Origin: Azolla caroliniana
Lineage: Eukaryota; Plantae; Polypodiophyta
Assembly (NCBI GenBank): GCA_043228905.1
Contig: JBHGNT010000014.1
Coordinates: forward strand, 20,522,001 to 20,586,000
Direction of reading: 5' to 3'
Length of the DNA stretch: 64,000 nucleotides
In this document: piece after piece, positions 1-11,113 of the stretch
Layout: every line of letters begins with the position of its first letter
How positions within the stretch are numbered: the first letter of the stretch is position 1
The notes under the pieces: generated by a model
Seen by the model: the letters and a program-made list of their open reading frames with translations, nothing else
The model's database searches: none
What the model was told of the DNA's origin: nothing
Program-made: the position numbers and the translations under genes

Positions 1-1218
1 ACTTTGCTGTTCACCGAACCACCAGAAGCTCGAAAACCTACAACAAGGTGGCGACTGTATATTTTTAAACAAGGAGAACCTTTGAATGGTATTTAATCAT
101 ATCTTCATAGTTATGATGTATTTGAAACCATTTGAGTGTTGAAGGCTGAATATTTCTTTTTGGCTCATTTTTCGGAACTTGACAGAACCTTTATATATTC
201 ATCGCCTTAGTTGCTATCTGTTTGGACGGGAAAGAAGAGTTGCTGATGTACCCACTGACCATCCATCTTGCAGCAAACAACATGCTGTGATTCAATACAG
301 GTTCAAACTCACAATTCTGTTAATTATTTTCAAATTCATGTTGTCCTCATTCCTTCAGGCTTCTAACTCTCTTTGTATGATTGTTGTAGGCTTGTGGAGA
401 AAGAGGAAGAGGATGGCTCAGTGAAGAGTGAAGTGAAGTAAGGAAAATTCACCTATTTTTTGTTTCTCAGATATAAGATGATTTCTCTAATTAAAATTTG
501 AATTACAGGCCATATGTCATGGATCTGGGGAGTACGAATGGGACATTTCTCAATGTGAGCTAGTTTGGTTGCTATTTATTGATTTGCTATTTATTTTGGG
601 TCTCCTTTTTTATGGACTTGATTGTGCAGGGTGAACGCATTGAATCTCAGCGTTATTATGAACTTATTGAAAAGGATACATTGAAGTTTGGTAACAGCAG
701 GTATGCATAGTAACTTGAGGCTATGTTATGTGCAAGGATTAATTTTATATGGAGGAAAGATATAGAAAAGGGTTTAGGGTTTAGGGTTTATGACGTTTCT
801 TGAGACCATTTAGAAGCATGAAGTGCATGAAGGATTTGTATTTCTTTCCAACACTTGTTTTATGACAATGTTTTAGAATAAATAGTTTGCCAAAAAGAAA
901 CAAAAACCATTGCCACTGAATATTTGTATATTTTTAGGGTTTCATTAGATGTCTGACCTAATTAATTTTACTTGGGAATTGTCTGGAATATCCTAAATTT
1001 TCTGTTATTTCTGGACAACCCTAGGCTTTCAATTAAATACCAGAATACCCTCCTATAATAAACACTTAACTGTAGAGGGCTATTCTGTAGTTTTGCCATA
1101 ATTATTTTACCGTTAAAAGTTTGGCCCAATTATGATGGATATGTTCTGAAAGGCTTTGCCATCCTCTAAATTTTGCAGTAGGGAGTATGTTCTTCTCCAC
1201 GAAAACTCAAAAGCCTGA
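1..1218 (+). CDS. DDL: FHA-domain protein DAWDLE/SNIP1 (miRNA biogenesis and splicing factor), 3' part; runs off the window's left edge
   Basis: Hand-spliced exons 1-88, 186-300, 390-437, 509-554, 630-700, 1179-1218. All introns are GT-AG and the frame is preserved. The product reads TLLFTEPPEARKPTTRWRLYIFKQGEPLNEPLYIHRLSCYLFGRERRVADVPTDHPSCSKQHAVIQYR...KPYVMDLGSTNGTFLNGERIESQRYYELIEKDTLKFGNSSREYVLLHENSKA*, the characteristic SNIP1/DDL FHA C-terminus. Confidence 0.95.
769..790. repeat. Short interstitial plant telomere-type repeat (TTTAGGG) x~3 in the last DDL intron
   Basis: The sequence reads agggtttagggtttagggttta. Confidence 0.8.
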
Positions 1219-4200
1219 TTCGATGAAACAGAGTTTTCTCTCGATCAACATGCGGCCGGTTTAATTTTCAAGTTCATTTCTATGCAGAAAGGAAAAAGCA
1301 TTCTCTTTTGTATCTGATGAACGGTTGCGAGGTCAGAAGCAGGAGTACGAGAAAACAAACAATTCTTGGAAAGATGGGAATTACCACGAGAGAACTGATG
1401 ATACTGCATGTAGTATACTGAAAACTGTGGTTGGCATGTAATGCTTTAGCACTGCTCTTAATTTTTCGATTGATTGAATTGCATGCAATTCAGAGCCTTT
1501 TCATATGCAAATTTTATGTCGAATCATCCAAAATTTAAAACAACTTTTGATCACTAGCATATTTCAATAGAAATGATTCATTATGGTTTTGTTATCCCAT
1601 ATGTGAAATCAAAAGTGCTTCTGTGTGCCTATATTGGTTAAGATTTGCTGCATGCTAAATCTGCGATAATTAATGCTTTTGAATAAACCCAAAGGAGGTG
1701 GCTTCATCAACAAAATGATAGATGCGTAAAGTATATTGTTGTGGCCATGTGGGTGAAAGTTTCAGTATAGGGTTTCAATACATTTGCCACGACAAGAGGA
1801 TGGATGCGTTCTCTACTTGATGTGGGTGAAGGTCTCTACTTCATATATATAACTCCACACTATAGGAATTGTGTAGGGGACAAGGTCCATGTCTAGACTC
1901 AAGACAATAGCCATCAACACCATAGGTAGTTGTAATATTCTCTGAAATGTTCATTGGCATATTCATCTCAAAATAATGTCAAACAAGTAAAGAGAAGGAA
2001 TACACACTATGAATCATGTTGATTTTACGAGCATGAATACTTGATCCTTTATTATAGTGTGAGATACAAACTCACGTTTTTATTTAATTTGCAATGTATT
2101 GCTTGAGAGAGCGCTTGAAGAAGAATTCATCTATAACAAGTTGATTAATGATCAAATGGTTCCAAATTTACAATTCCATGCCCCCCACACACAACAAAAA
2201 ATGGTAACTTTGCTATCCATCCACAAATTTGTTTTAGGTTTTAAGTACTTACCTAAAAAATGGTTTTAGCAAAAGTCACCCCAAAAATCCAAAATGCTAA
2301 ATAAAATGCAAGTTTAGTTCATGTTGCACAAGGGATTAGTTTTGTGCGGGTATTGGCCAAGATATTAATCCTTGCAAACTATTTCACAATGACCCCATCA
2401 TCATCTACATCTCCATCCTTAACTTTCTCTAGAATCATGACAAAAGTGTTTTTGGCCAATCTCCTTTATTATAGTGTGAGCAACATTAATGACATTATTC
2501 CTAGAAGAAGAGGACCTGAGTGCCTTTTCTTTCTTTGATGCCATTGAGTAAGGAGATCATGTATTTAGATCCTTATGATACAAGTATTCTTGGACCTATA
2601 ATAACAATTTGTCTTGATGGGCACATGTGGCACAAGAACTATGGTTGGTTATAATTCCTACCTTGAACAAGCATGTTGCTCAAACGTTTGAAAAATTCCT
2701 TCATGCAACTTCATAGGGAAAATCATTCACAAGAAGCAAATTGGGTGAGTGTTCATATGGTTGGAAGAAGTGCAAGAGCACTCTTTAATTGTGTTCAACT
2801 TGGCATGAAATTTTATTATTTCATGGTTGAATTAGCTTATCACTGTTACACACATTGAACCCTTTTTTTAAATCCATGAAGCTTTCACACCATCTTGCAA
2901 CAACTCACAACAACTCCATTGATTTTTATGGCTGCATATTGTTAGCTTGGAGGATTCGTACAATTTCTGATAAATGGATAAACATATAAGCGTAAGTACA
3001 AACACATATAAGCCTATTGATAAGAACGATCACAATATATGATTGGAGATATAAAAAGGGATGTAACTAGTCTTGATCTCTATTATAATCTCTCTGCTTT
3101 GGAAATTCTGTAAGTATATGGAAGCCATGAGATTTGTAATCTGATTTTGGACATAGTATAAAAATATTCATATTGGTAATAATTGTGTTATTGTGTGCAG
3201 AAATCTATAGTTAATTTTTCGATGACAGAAACAAATCACACTTATGTATCACTCTTTTTTATATATGTTGGCACTAGGAGTAGGGGGGGGTTGAAATAAA
3301 AGGTTCTGGTTAATCATAAATCATAAATGATGGAGAAAATTAAGATGTATTGAAACTTGGAAGTATCTAATATTTTTTTCACATCTGATAACATTTTAGC
3401 CTATTTTCTTAAATATGCCACTTGTTTATGTTTGGCTATGCTGCTCATAGTCATGTCACCTCCAGCTCCAAGTGTGTTGGAAAATCAACATTGGTTTATG
3501 AGAATATGACAATATTTTTATCTTGAATAGATAGTGGCAAGTGCCATTTCACAGATTTCACATCGACATTATGGAATGAATTTATGAGTATTTTCATTTA
3601 CACCAACGAAAAGAAGAGAAACTAGTCACAACTTGACAGTTGGAGACAAAAATGGAGAATGAAAGGAATATTTCTTAGAGAGTCAGGATAACTAACTAAT
3701 GTGTATAAGAAACTTTGTTAGGTACCATTTTGGCAATCAATTTTGTCCTGCACCATACTTCCTAGTGGTTTTTAAAAAGCATTTAATTTTACTTTGTTTT
3801 TTCTTGCATTTTTTTACAAGGTAATAGTTATACAACTTGGCATGCAATGTGCTTTTCTTTGATCCATTATTTTAATTTTTGTCTTTGTTTCTTTACTTCG
3901 AACTTATTCCTCACAGTTTCGTTGTTAACAATAACTAATACACTTTGAATTAGATGATTACTAGCTATGTCACGTAAATTGGCTCAAATAATCTATCTAC
4001 CGGGGTTTTAGGCATAATAGTATGGATATGTCATGATTAGAAAAGGCTTATGTAGCATAATTTGGCCCATTCTCAACTTTCCTTACTTTAAGTGGCAAAC
4101 TTCCTTTTAAGATAATTGATCATTGATATTGCTAAAATGGGCTCATATCATTAATGTAATGAAACGTCCTAGCATTGTGCAAACCCCACCAATATAACCG

Positions 4201-5957
4201 AAGAAAAAAAAACACAAATAGTTATATTTGGCACTACATTAGAAAACTTGCCACATGATTCATTCATTACTTGCCATTACTTGCCATGTAAGCTATAGTT
4301 CATCAAGCCTTACATGAAGTAATTTACAATCTTATAGTGTCCTCTTGCAATATAAAGTACTTTGCCTCATGAAGGCTTTGCTATTTGTAGTCTTACTTTA
4401 ATTGATATTCAACACATGTACCTCCAAATAAAGTAATTTTTTGGGTGACCTTTTCTTGCAAGTAGAATGTTATGATGAGTTCATTTGTAACAATGGTGGA
4501 TGGATTTTCTTGGGGAAGATCCACGTTAGCGCACATCATAAATTGTAATGCAAGAATGGTGGGGTATGGTCTTTATTAACGATGACAATAGTAAAAAAAG
4601 GTGGGTGTGTATTCAAGGGGACGGTGCAAACCATAGTGCAAGAATAGTATATCTTGATGGGGATGATTTGTATTGAATGGACTATCCCTCAAGGTACGAA
4701 GATTATGAAGAGCTTGGTAATCAATGCATCTACATTCCTACCATAGACCATAGTTATCATAACTAGTCTATTGTAGCCATGACACTAACCACTTGGGAGG
4801 ACCAAAAATCTCTACTACAAAATATCACATATCAATATTACTTTATGGCAACAAGGTTAGCATGTGTGTACTTTACATGTATATATATTGGTTATGAAGG
4901 CATCAGATGACGGAGATCAATTTAGATTCATGATTATTACTCAGCTATAGATCATGAATCTTAGAACACTTCATTGCCCTCTTTGAATTAATGAATGAAT
5001 GTGAAGTGCATAGATTGTCATCAATAAAATGTTTTATCCACTTTTCCTCAGTAGTAGGTTGTAACACCAAACCATATACCTATGGATGAATATTTCTCAT
5101 AACACTTGTAACAATAAAGAAGACATACATCAAATTCTTAGATACCATAAAAGTACCAATACATTTACTACTTCATGAAACAAGTCATTACCATCCCTTT
5201 CAACTCTTGGATTGTAGACAAATGTATTTCTAAGGCCATTGTTTACTGGACGAATGACTTTCTCAACGTGTTTAGGAAAGTGCATAGGTAAAGCTATCTT
5301 TATGATACAAGAGAAAAGTGTTAAGGTAAATGTGAATGTAATGAGGTAAAGCTAGATTGTGAATGCTTGTTACTGTCGACAAGATCATAACTATTTAGAC
5401 ACATTGCTTTAAACTTGAATGCAAGGCCCTACTAGTAATAATAACAAACAACGTTTTCTAATGGATACATAAGGGTAATACTTTCTCATAACTTGCTCTT
5501 TTACCACACCAAATGGCTTATGGCATATAGTGATATAGTAGGTACATATATATGATGATATAATTTATCGTTTAATAATGTATGGTGGTTCTCGATATAT
5601 GGTATTATATTTAAATATTACACAATTTAAGATATAATGTACATTGTACAATATGTACATATATATGGGCCCATAAATTTGAAGTATCTAAGTATGTAAT
5701 CTTATTGAGATATTTTATTATGACTATGGTTTGTAGATTTCTAGTAGTATAAACCTCCTAGAAATTACTAAAACTATGCTACATGTGTATTAGAAATTTG
5801 AAAAGTCCAATGCCTCAAGAATGGTTAATCATAGTGAACATTAAGATTAAGCAAATATATGTAAGTAACATTATAAGGACCTTGTTGCGCATAATTGACT
5901 TAGTGTCTACTCAAAGTTGCTAATTAGCAAATTACTTTTAGTCAACAACAAAATGAG

Positions 5958-6965
5958 CAAATGAGACTTTTTTTTAAAAAACAAAACCACACCATAGTTT
6001 CCGTTACCAATCCAATAAGCGTATACAGAGCATATAATGATACAATATAGTGGAGGGTAAGATAAGAGAGAAACGGTATATCCCCCACTATGTCATAATT
6101 GAAACCAAACTCCACCTATAGAGGAAACAACCATTGAGGGGGTACATATTGCCAAACCATTTTGTCATTTCTATCCACAAAGACGAACAAATCCTTCCAC
6201 TTGCCTTTAAAGGATTGTTGTTTCAGAAAAATGGCATCTTTGTTACCAGCGAAGGAGTCATATTGACCTTTTAAAATTGAAATAAGCATCGATTCAATTT
6301 CCTTCGCACAATGAACATGATTTTGTTGTATTGGCTTAAACACATTTTTGCATCGATCTATCCAAATATTCCATAGCACCACCGATGATATCGTAGCCCA
6401 TATTGTGGCATCCACATTCAACCGATTTGAGCTTGAATATGGTAAGCCCTTAACTTGCCTTTCCCTAGTTTGAAGGGTAAATAGTATCTTTTCCCATTCA
6501 TAATTATGTTTATCCACATTTACATCCATCCAAAAGACATTTCCCCATGTAATCACATGAGGTCCATACGCAACATCAATGAGGCGCAACATACGTTTCC
6601 AAAAAGAACATGTAGCCATACAGTTTCATAAGGCATGTTGCATTGATTCTAAATGAAACTGACAAAAAGAGCAAGTTTTGATTCCCTCTTCCCTATGCAT
6701 CCATTCCTAGACTAGAAGTGCATAGTGGACACATAACCGTCTAAATGTAATGATTTTGCGAGGAATATATAGAACTCACAACCATTTCCAAAACGTCAAT
6801 ATTGAATGCATAAGAGTACTATTACTGAACCATACCTTAGCTACAACCGACATAACTGGATTCCTCCTCTGGTGGAATTCCCTACCTAATTTTACAGAGT
6901 AGTCAAAGAAAGAAACCATCTTACCATTAACCTCTCTCCACCACTATTCCGCTAGATCCCACTAT
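5958..6965 (-). mobile_element. 5'-truncated L1-like LINE fragment (ORF2 C-terminus, zf-RVT region)
   Basis: ORF 6116-6619 (ITWG...VLWNIWIDRCKNVF...LKGQYD...VWQYVPP) resembles the other LINE C-termini here at 17362 and 44131. Broken upstream frames contain a Cys/His zinc-finger-like segment. An A-run tail lies at ~5958-5966 (T-run on +). Confidence 0.8.
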
Positions 6966-8288
6966 AACCCCAATAAGGGTTTACTACATGTTTTCTAATT
7001 ACATAGCAATTTTAATCATTGAAATTTGTAAGTAGTAGAACCCCTTTATAATTAATCATCATGGCCTTTCACACACACACACACACACATATATATAAGT
7101 TTAATTGTAACTTTCAATCTTTGTTTTTATGTTATTTGGAAACTCAACATTGAATTACCATAGATGGAGGTAATAGTGAAGGTAGGCAAGCTTACTTAAC
7201 ATACAAGTAACAAGGATGCAATATGCGCCACTTTGAGGTGGAGATGGAGTCTTGCTTATTACCAAGCAATTTGAGAATATATGCGTGCATTCGAGCTAAG
7301 TAAGCTTCTTCACATTGTTGGGCATTTCCAAAACTCTCTCTTATTAGAACACGGTTTGTTATTGTCGTCTTGTATTCAACATATCAACATCTCTATAGAG
7401 ACATGGGTAGATGGATAGATATGTTTTAGTGTTCATAGGATAGAGTTTGGAGTGGGAAAATCGAGCACAAAAAATGTGTTTACCATTGCTAACTTCCTCA
7501 CGGCGAAGAAGACAACTATCATAACTTTCTCAACTAAGTCTTGTTCTGGAGAGATCCTTAGATAGCCAGGAAAAGCAAGATGGTCATAAAATTATGAGGG
7601 AGGCTCAAAAGGATATACCACCTTTGTAATAAGAGAGTGTTCATCAATGAGGAACTTCCCACAACCCCACTAAACCCATGTAATATGTTTCTTTGTAACA
7701 CTCGAAGAGATTACCACAATGCAATAAAACAAATAGAGAATTTTCCCATTAATGGATATTAAATGTTAATATCCTTGATTGTGCATCAAAGGATTCATTT
7801 TCTTCTCCCCTCTTGTTTGTTGTTTAAGAATCCATTTCATTTTTGTGGTTTCATTCTTAGAATGCTACCTACTGTACTACGGATGTGAGCTTCGGAAGAC
7901 TAAATACAGGCTATTCTACTCTTAGGTTAGGTCTTGAGATGGGTTATGTTGCTACCTTTCCTTCCATGAATAGATACGATGTGTTTGTTTGTTTGTGTTG
8001 TTGAATGGATCCAAAGAGGAGGGTCGCTAACCAAGTTGAATACCAAAATCTTTCAAAGACAAAGAGACTTCATATGTCCACAAAACAAAACTTAAGCCTC
8101 ATATAGATTAGATAGATACATGTACATACATGGTTGGTTGGTTGGAGTAACAAAGCCAAGCCCTTTAAACTACATCTAAAAACAAAAACCTTTGCCTTAC
8201 AATGAAGCCACCACACACTGAAGTAGGAGAAAACAGAGTACATTATTATGTAGTTCTTTTTTTTTACACCCACATGGTAAAGCCTCTT

Positions 8289-10049
8289 CTAGCCACCACT
8301 TTGGGGATCATTGCCATTGGAGGATGAGAGGGCCATATAGTTGTAGCCTCTCATTACAACGACTCCCTTGTCTTTCTTTGAGAAGAGTGTGCCCAAATTG
8401 AAAATCTTGGATTTGGATGGCATGTTCACATTAAGCAAAGGTGTGATAACTCGGACATCCCGGCTAAGCAAATCCTTGGGGTCTCGGAGGAGGCCTTTCG
8501 GAACTCCATGTCCACTACTACTATCATTAGAATGGTTGGTGATTGTATTGCATCTATGGTCGAGGTTAGAAGGAGCCACAGCTCCTCCATTGAGCAATGG
8601 GGTAGTAGTGATGCCGGGCCGACGGGTGGGTTTCGCAGCTGTTCGGCTCAACGAGCTCGGCCTCATATGCCCACTTCTCGACGTGACCCTATTATTAGCT
8701 CTTTGGGAGGGAATTGCGGATGCCGGGTTGGGACAGAAATGTTGTTGTTCCTTGGGAAGAGAGCCTAGGGAAGCATTCTTTTTGGCATTCGCAATGTTGT
8801 GCCTAACATTGATGGGTAGCAAGAAGGAGCTCGCGGTCTTGCTTTCTCCGGCCGAATTGCTTCTCGGGGGGAGAGGTGGCTGCTGAAGGGGCGGTGTCCG
8901 GCTCTTGCTCTCTCCCGCCGAGTTGCTCCTCGAGAACGGCCAAAAGCGGGCGGCTCGGGGAACCATCTTTTCCTTGCTTGGATTGGCATGGCCATGGCCA
9001 AGACCAAGACCAAGGCCATGACCATGACCAATACCAAGACCATGACTATGACCATGACCATGGTTGTGTTTCCTAGTTGTGAGCTTGAAGAAATCCAGGA
9101 ACTTGCTAGAAGGCTGGGATGAAGAAGTGGAAGGGATTGATGATGCAACACTACTAGGCTTGCTACTGGGCTTGGTAGGGGAGGTGGGGGTGCTTGCAAG
9201 CTGTTGTCGCTGGCTACGAGGATCATGGGAGAAGCTGGTCCTCCGTCGGGAGTAGTAGTAATGATAATTGAGAGGAGGGGTAGCACCGTCGCGCATTAGC
9301 GATCCCGAGAAGCTGCGCGAAGGAGACGAGGAGCGCGACGTGTTGAGACTCACGCAGCTCCTCCGGCTCCGGCCACGCGACCCTTCCACGCTCATCGACA
9401 CGCACCTCGGGCTCTCGTAGAACCCCAAATCCCCCTTACCCCTCATATACAGTTCTGCATTCCTTGCCTTCACATTAACCCCAATACCTAAATCATCTTG
9501 ACTTTGACCATAACCCTTCTCCCCTTGACCTTGACCTTGACCTTGACCTAATTTCTTTGATACAACATCTGTTCCTTCTTCTTCTTCTTCTTCTTCTTCT
9601 TGGTCTTCTTCTTCTTCCTTGTTCCAACCGTCATAACTGCCTCTTACAGCCCCTGAGGATGTCTCCCTTGTCGCTGTGCCTCCTCCCGCCGATAGCAACC
9701 GAAGCTTCCCATCGAAGAAAAGCTCTTCAGCCGACAGCATTTCTTGCCCACTCGAGAATAGATCTAAACACATGGAGCTACAGAATTCAAAGGATAGATC
9801 TGACATATACTCTTCTCCTTCGTTATCCTCCTCCTCCTCCTCTCCTCCTCCTTCTAATCCGTCTTCTTCTCCTTCTAATTCTTCTTCGTTCAAGTCTTCT
9901 CCTTTTAATTCTTCTTCGTTTAAGTCTTCACCATTACAGTATGATAATTGTACAGTCTCCCCTGCATCCATGGGTTCTGGTTCTTCCATGACAACCTCTG
10001 GTCTTTGAGGCGTAATTTCACCAATGCTTGCTACTGAGGCCTCTTCCAT
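8289..10049 (-). CDS. Intronless 586-aa low-complexity plant protein of the MAKR/BKI1-like or DUF1645-like (At1g67050-type) group
   Basis: The long ORF carries family-typical motifs LSAEELFFDGKL, FWPFSRSNSAGESK, VRVITPLLNV and IFNLGTLFSKK, plus an acidic N-terminus and Ser/Arg-rich and His/Gly-rich tracts. The exact subfamily is uncertain. Confidence 0.8.
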   Translation of the reverse strand: MEEASVASIGEITPQRPEVVMEEPEPMDAGETVQLSYCNGEDLNEEELKGEDLNEEELEGEEDGLEGGGEEEEEDNEGEEYMSDLSFEFCSSMCLDLFSSGQEMLSAEELFFDGKLRLLSAGGGTATRETSSGAVRGSYDGWNKEEEEDQEEEEEEEEGTDVVSKKLGQGQGQGQGEKGYGQSQDDLGIGVNVKARNAELYMRGKGDLGFYESPRCVSMSVEGSRGRSRRSCVSLNTSRSSSPSRSFSGSLMRDGATPPLNYHYYYSRRRTSFSHDPRSQRQQLASTPTSPTKPSSKPSSVASSIPSTSSSQPSSKFLDFFKLTTRKHNHGHGHSHGLGIGHGHGLGLGLGHGHANPSKEKMVPRAARFWPFSRSNSAGESKSRTPPLQQPPLPPRSNSAGESKTASSFLLPINVRHNIANAKKNASLGSLPKEQQHFCPNPASAIPSQRANNRVTSRSGHMRPSSLSRTAAKPTRRPGITTTPLLNGGAVAPSNLDHRCNTITNHSNDSSSGHGVPKGLLRDPKDLLSRDVRVITPLLNVNMPSKSKIFNLGTLFSKKDKGVVVMRGYNYMALSSSNGNDPQSGG

Positions 10050-10214
10050 AGGTGTGGAGATCTATGACCAAAAGAAAGAAAAAAAAAAAAAAAGGAAGGA
10101 AAGAAGAGATGCTACCCTATTGGGAAATCAAAGCACCCTAAAGTGTGAAGAAGACCTTATGGTATACTCTGTTTGTTCTTCTGCTCCACCATACGCTGTT
10201 TGGCCATTGGGGGG

Positions 10215-10217
<3 letters not shown>

Positions 10218-10272
<55 letters not shown>

Positions 10273-10343
10273 TAAGAAGGGAAAGAAGAATGAATGAATG
10301 AAGACAAAAGGAACGGTTTGGGTGTAGAAAAACAGAGTCTATA

Positions 10344-10383
<40 letters not shown>

Positions 10384-10798
10384 GTCTTTCTGAAGAGAAG
10401 AGAGCAGAAGAAGAAAGAAGAAAAGTGGGAAGGAACTGTTGTGTTAAAAAAGGAAAAGATAGAGAGAGAGAAGAGTAAATTAAAGGAAGGAAACAACATC
10501 TTTTCTTCTTCTTCTTCTTCTTCTTCTTCTTCTTCTTCTTCTTCTAGTGTGTATATTATTGTTTGTTATTTATTTATGTACACACCACATTTGTTGGGCA
10601 AAAAATCATGGTCTAATATTTCTTAACACATACATGCATGCATGCATACCATAGCATAGCATGCCATACCATAGCATAGCATGCCATACCATACCATACC
10701 ATACCATACCATACCATACCATACCATACCGTATCGTATCGTATCATACCACACACACATAAACTTCATATGATTTGGTATCCCTTCTCTATCCAACC

Positions 10799-10836
<38 letters not shown>

Positions 10837-11113
10837 GCAGAATGTGTGTGTGTGTCCGGTTGACATTATTCTTTTCTTCACCCTCACATTAATGCGGTGG
10901 TTATTGTATCCCCTGCCATGCGTAACCGATCTCTCCCCGATTCGCTTTTTTTTTTAACCTTAGGTATCTCACTAGACACAACCATGTTCAAACCACACTT
11001 TACCTTGGGCTTGTACGTGTGTGTGCTATCCAGCTTGAACTATATGGTATGGTAAGGTATGTATGCATGTATAAGTTTGTTTGTATGTATGTATGTATGT
11101 ATGTATGTATGTA
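10218..11113. repeat. Microsatellite cluster upstream of the 8289-10049 gene: (GA)n, (CT)n, (TTC)n, (ATACC/ATAGC)n, (CA)n, (TATG)n
   Basis: Visible runs at ~10218-10268, 10345-10377, 10503-10545, 10645-10750, 10803-10833 and 11083-11113. Confidence 0.95.

Noticed and set aside
1680-3000. Possible hAT-type transposase remnant
   Set aside because: The texture suggests decayed TE sequence, but I could not read an unambiguous motif.
8368-10008. Several + strand ORFs (up to 172 aa) and an alternative-frame - ORF overlapping the 586-aa gene
   Set aside because: These are shadow ORFs of a GC-richer, low-complexity coding sequence, with no recognisable motifs.
10024-10957. ORFs with ERERER, VCVCVC, YGMVW and THTHTH runs
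   Set aside because: They are translations of microsatellites.
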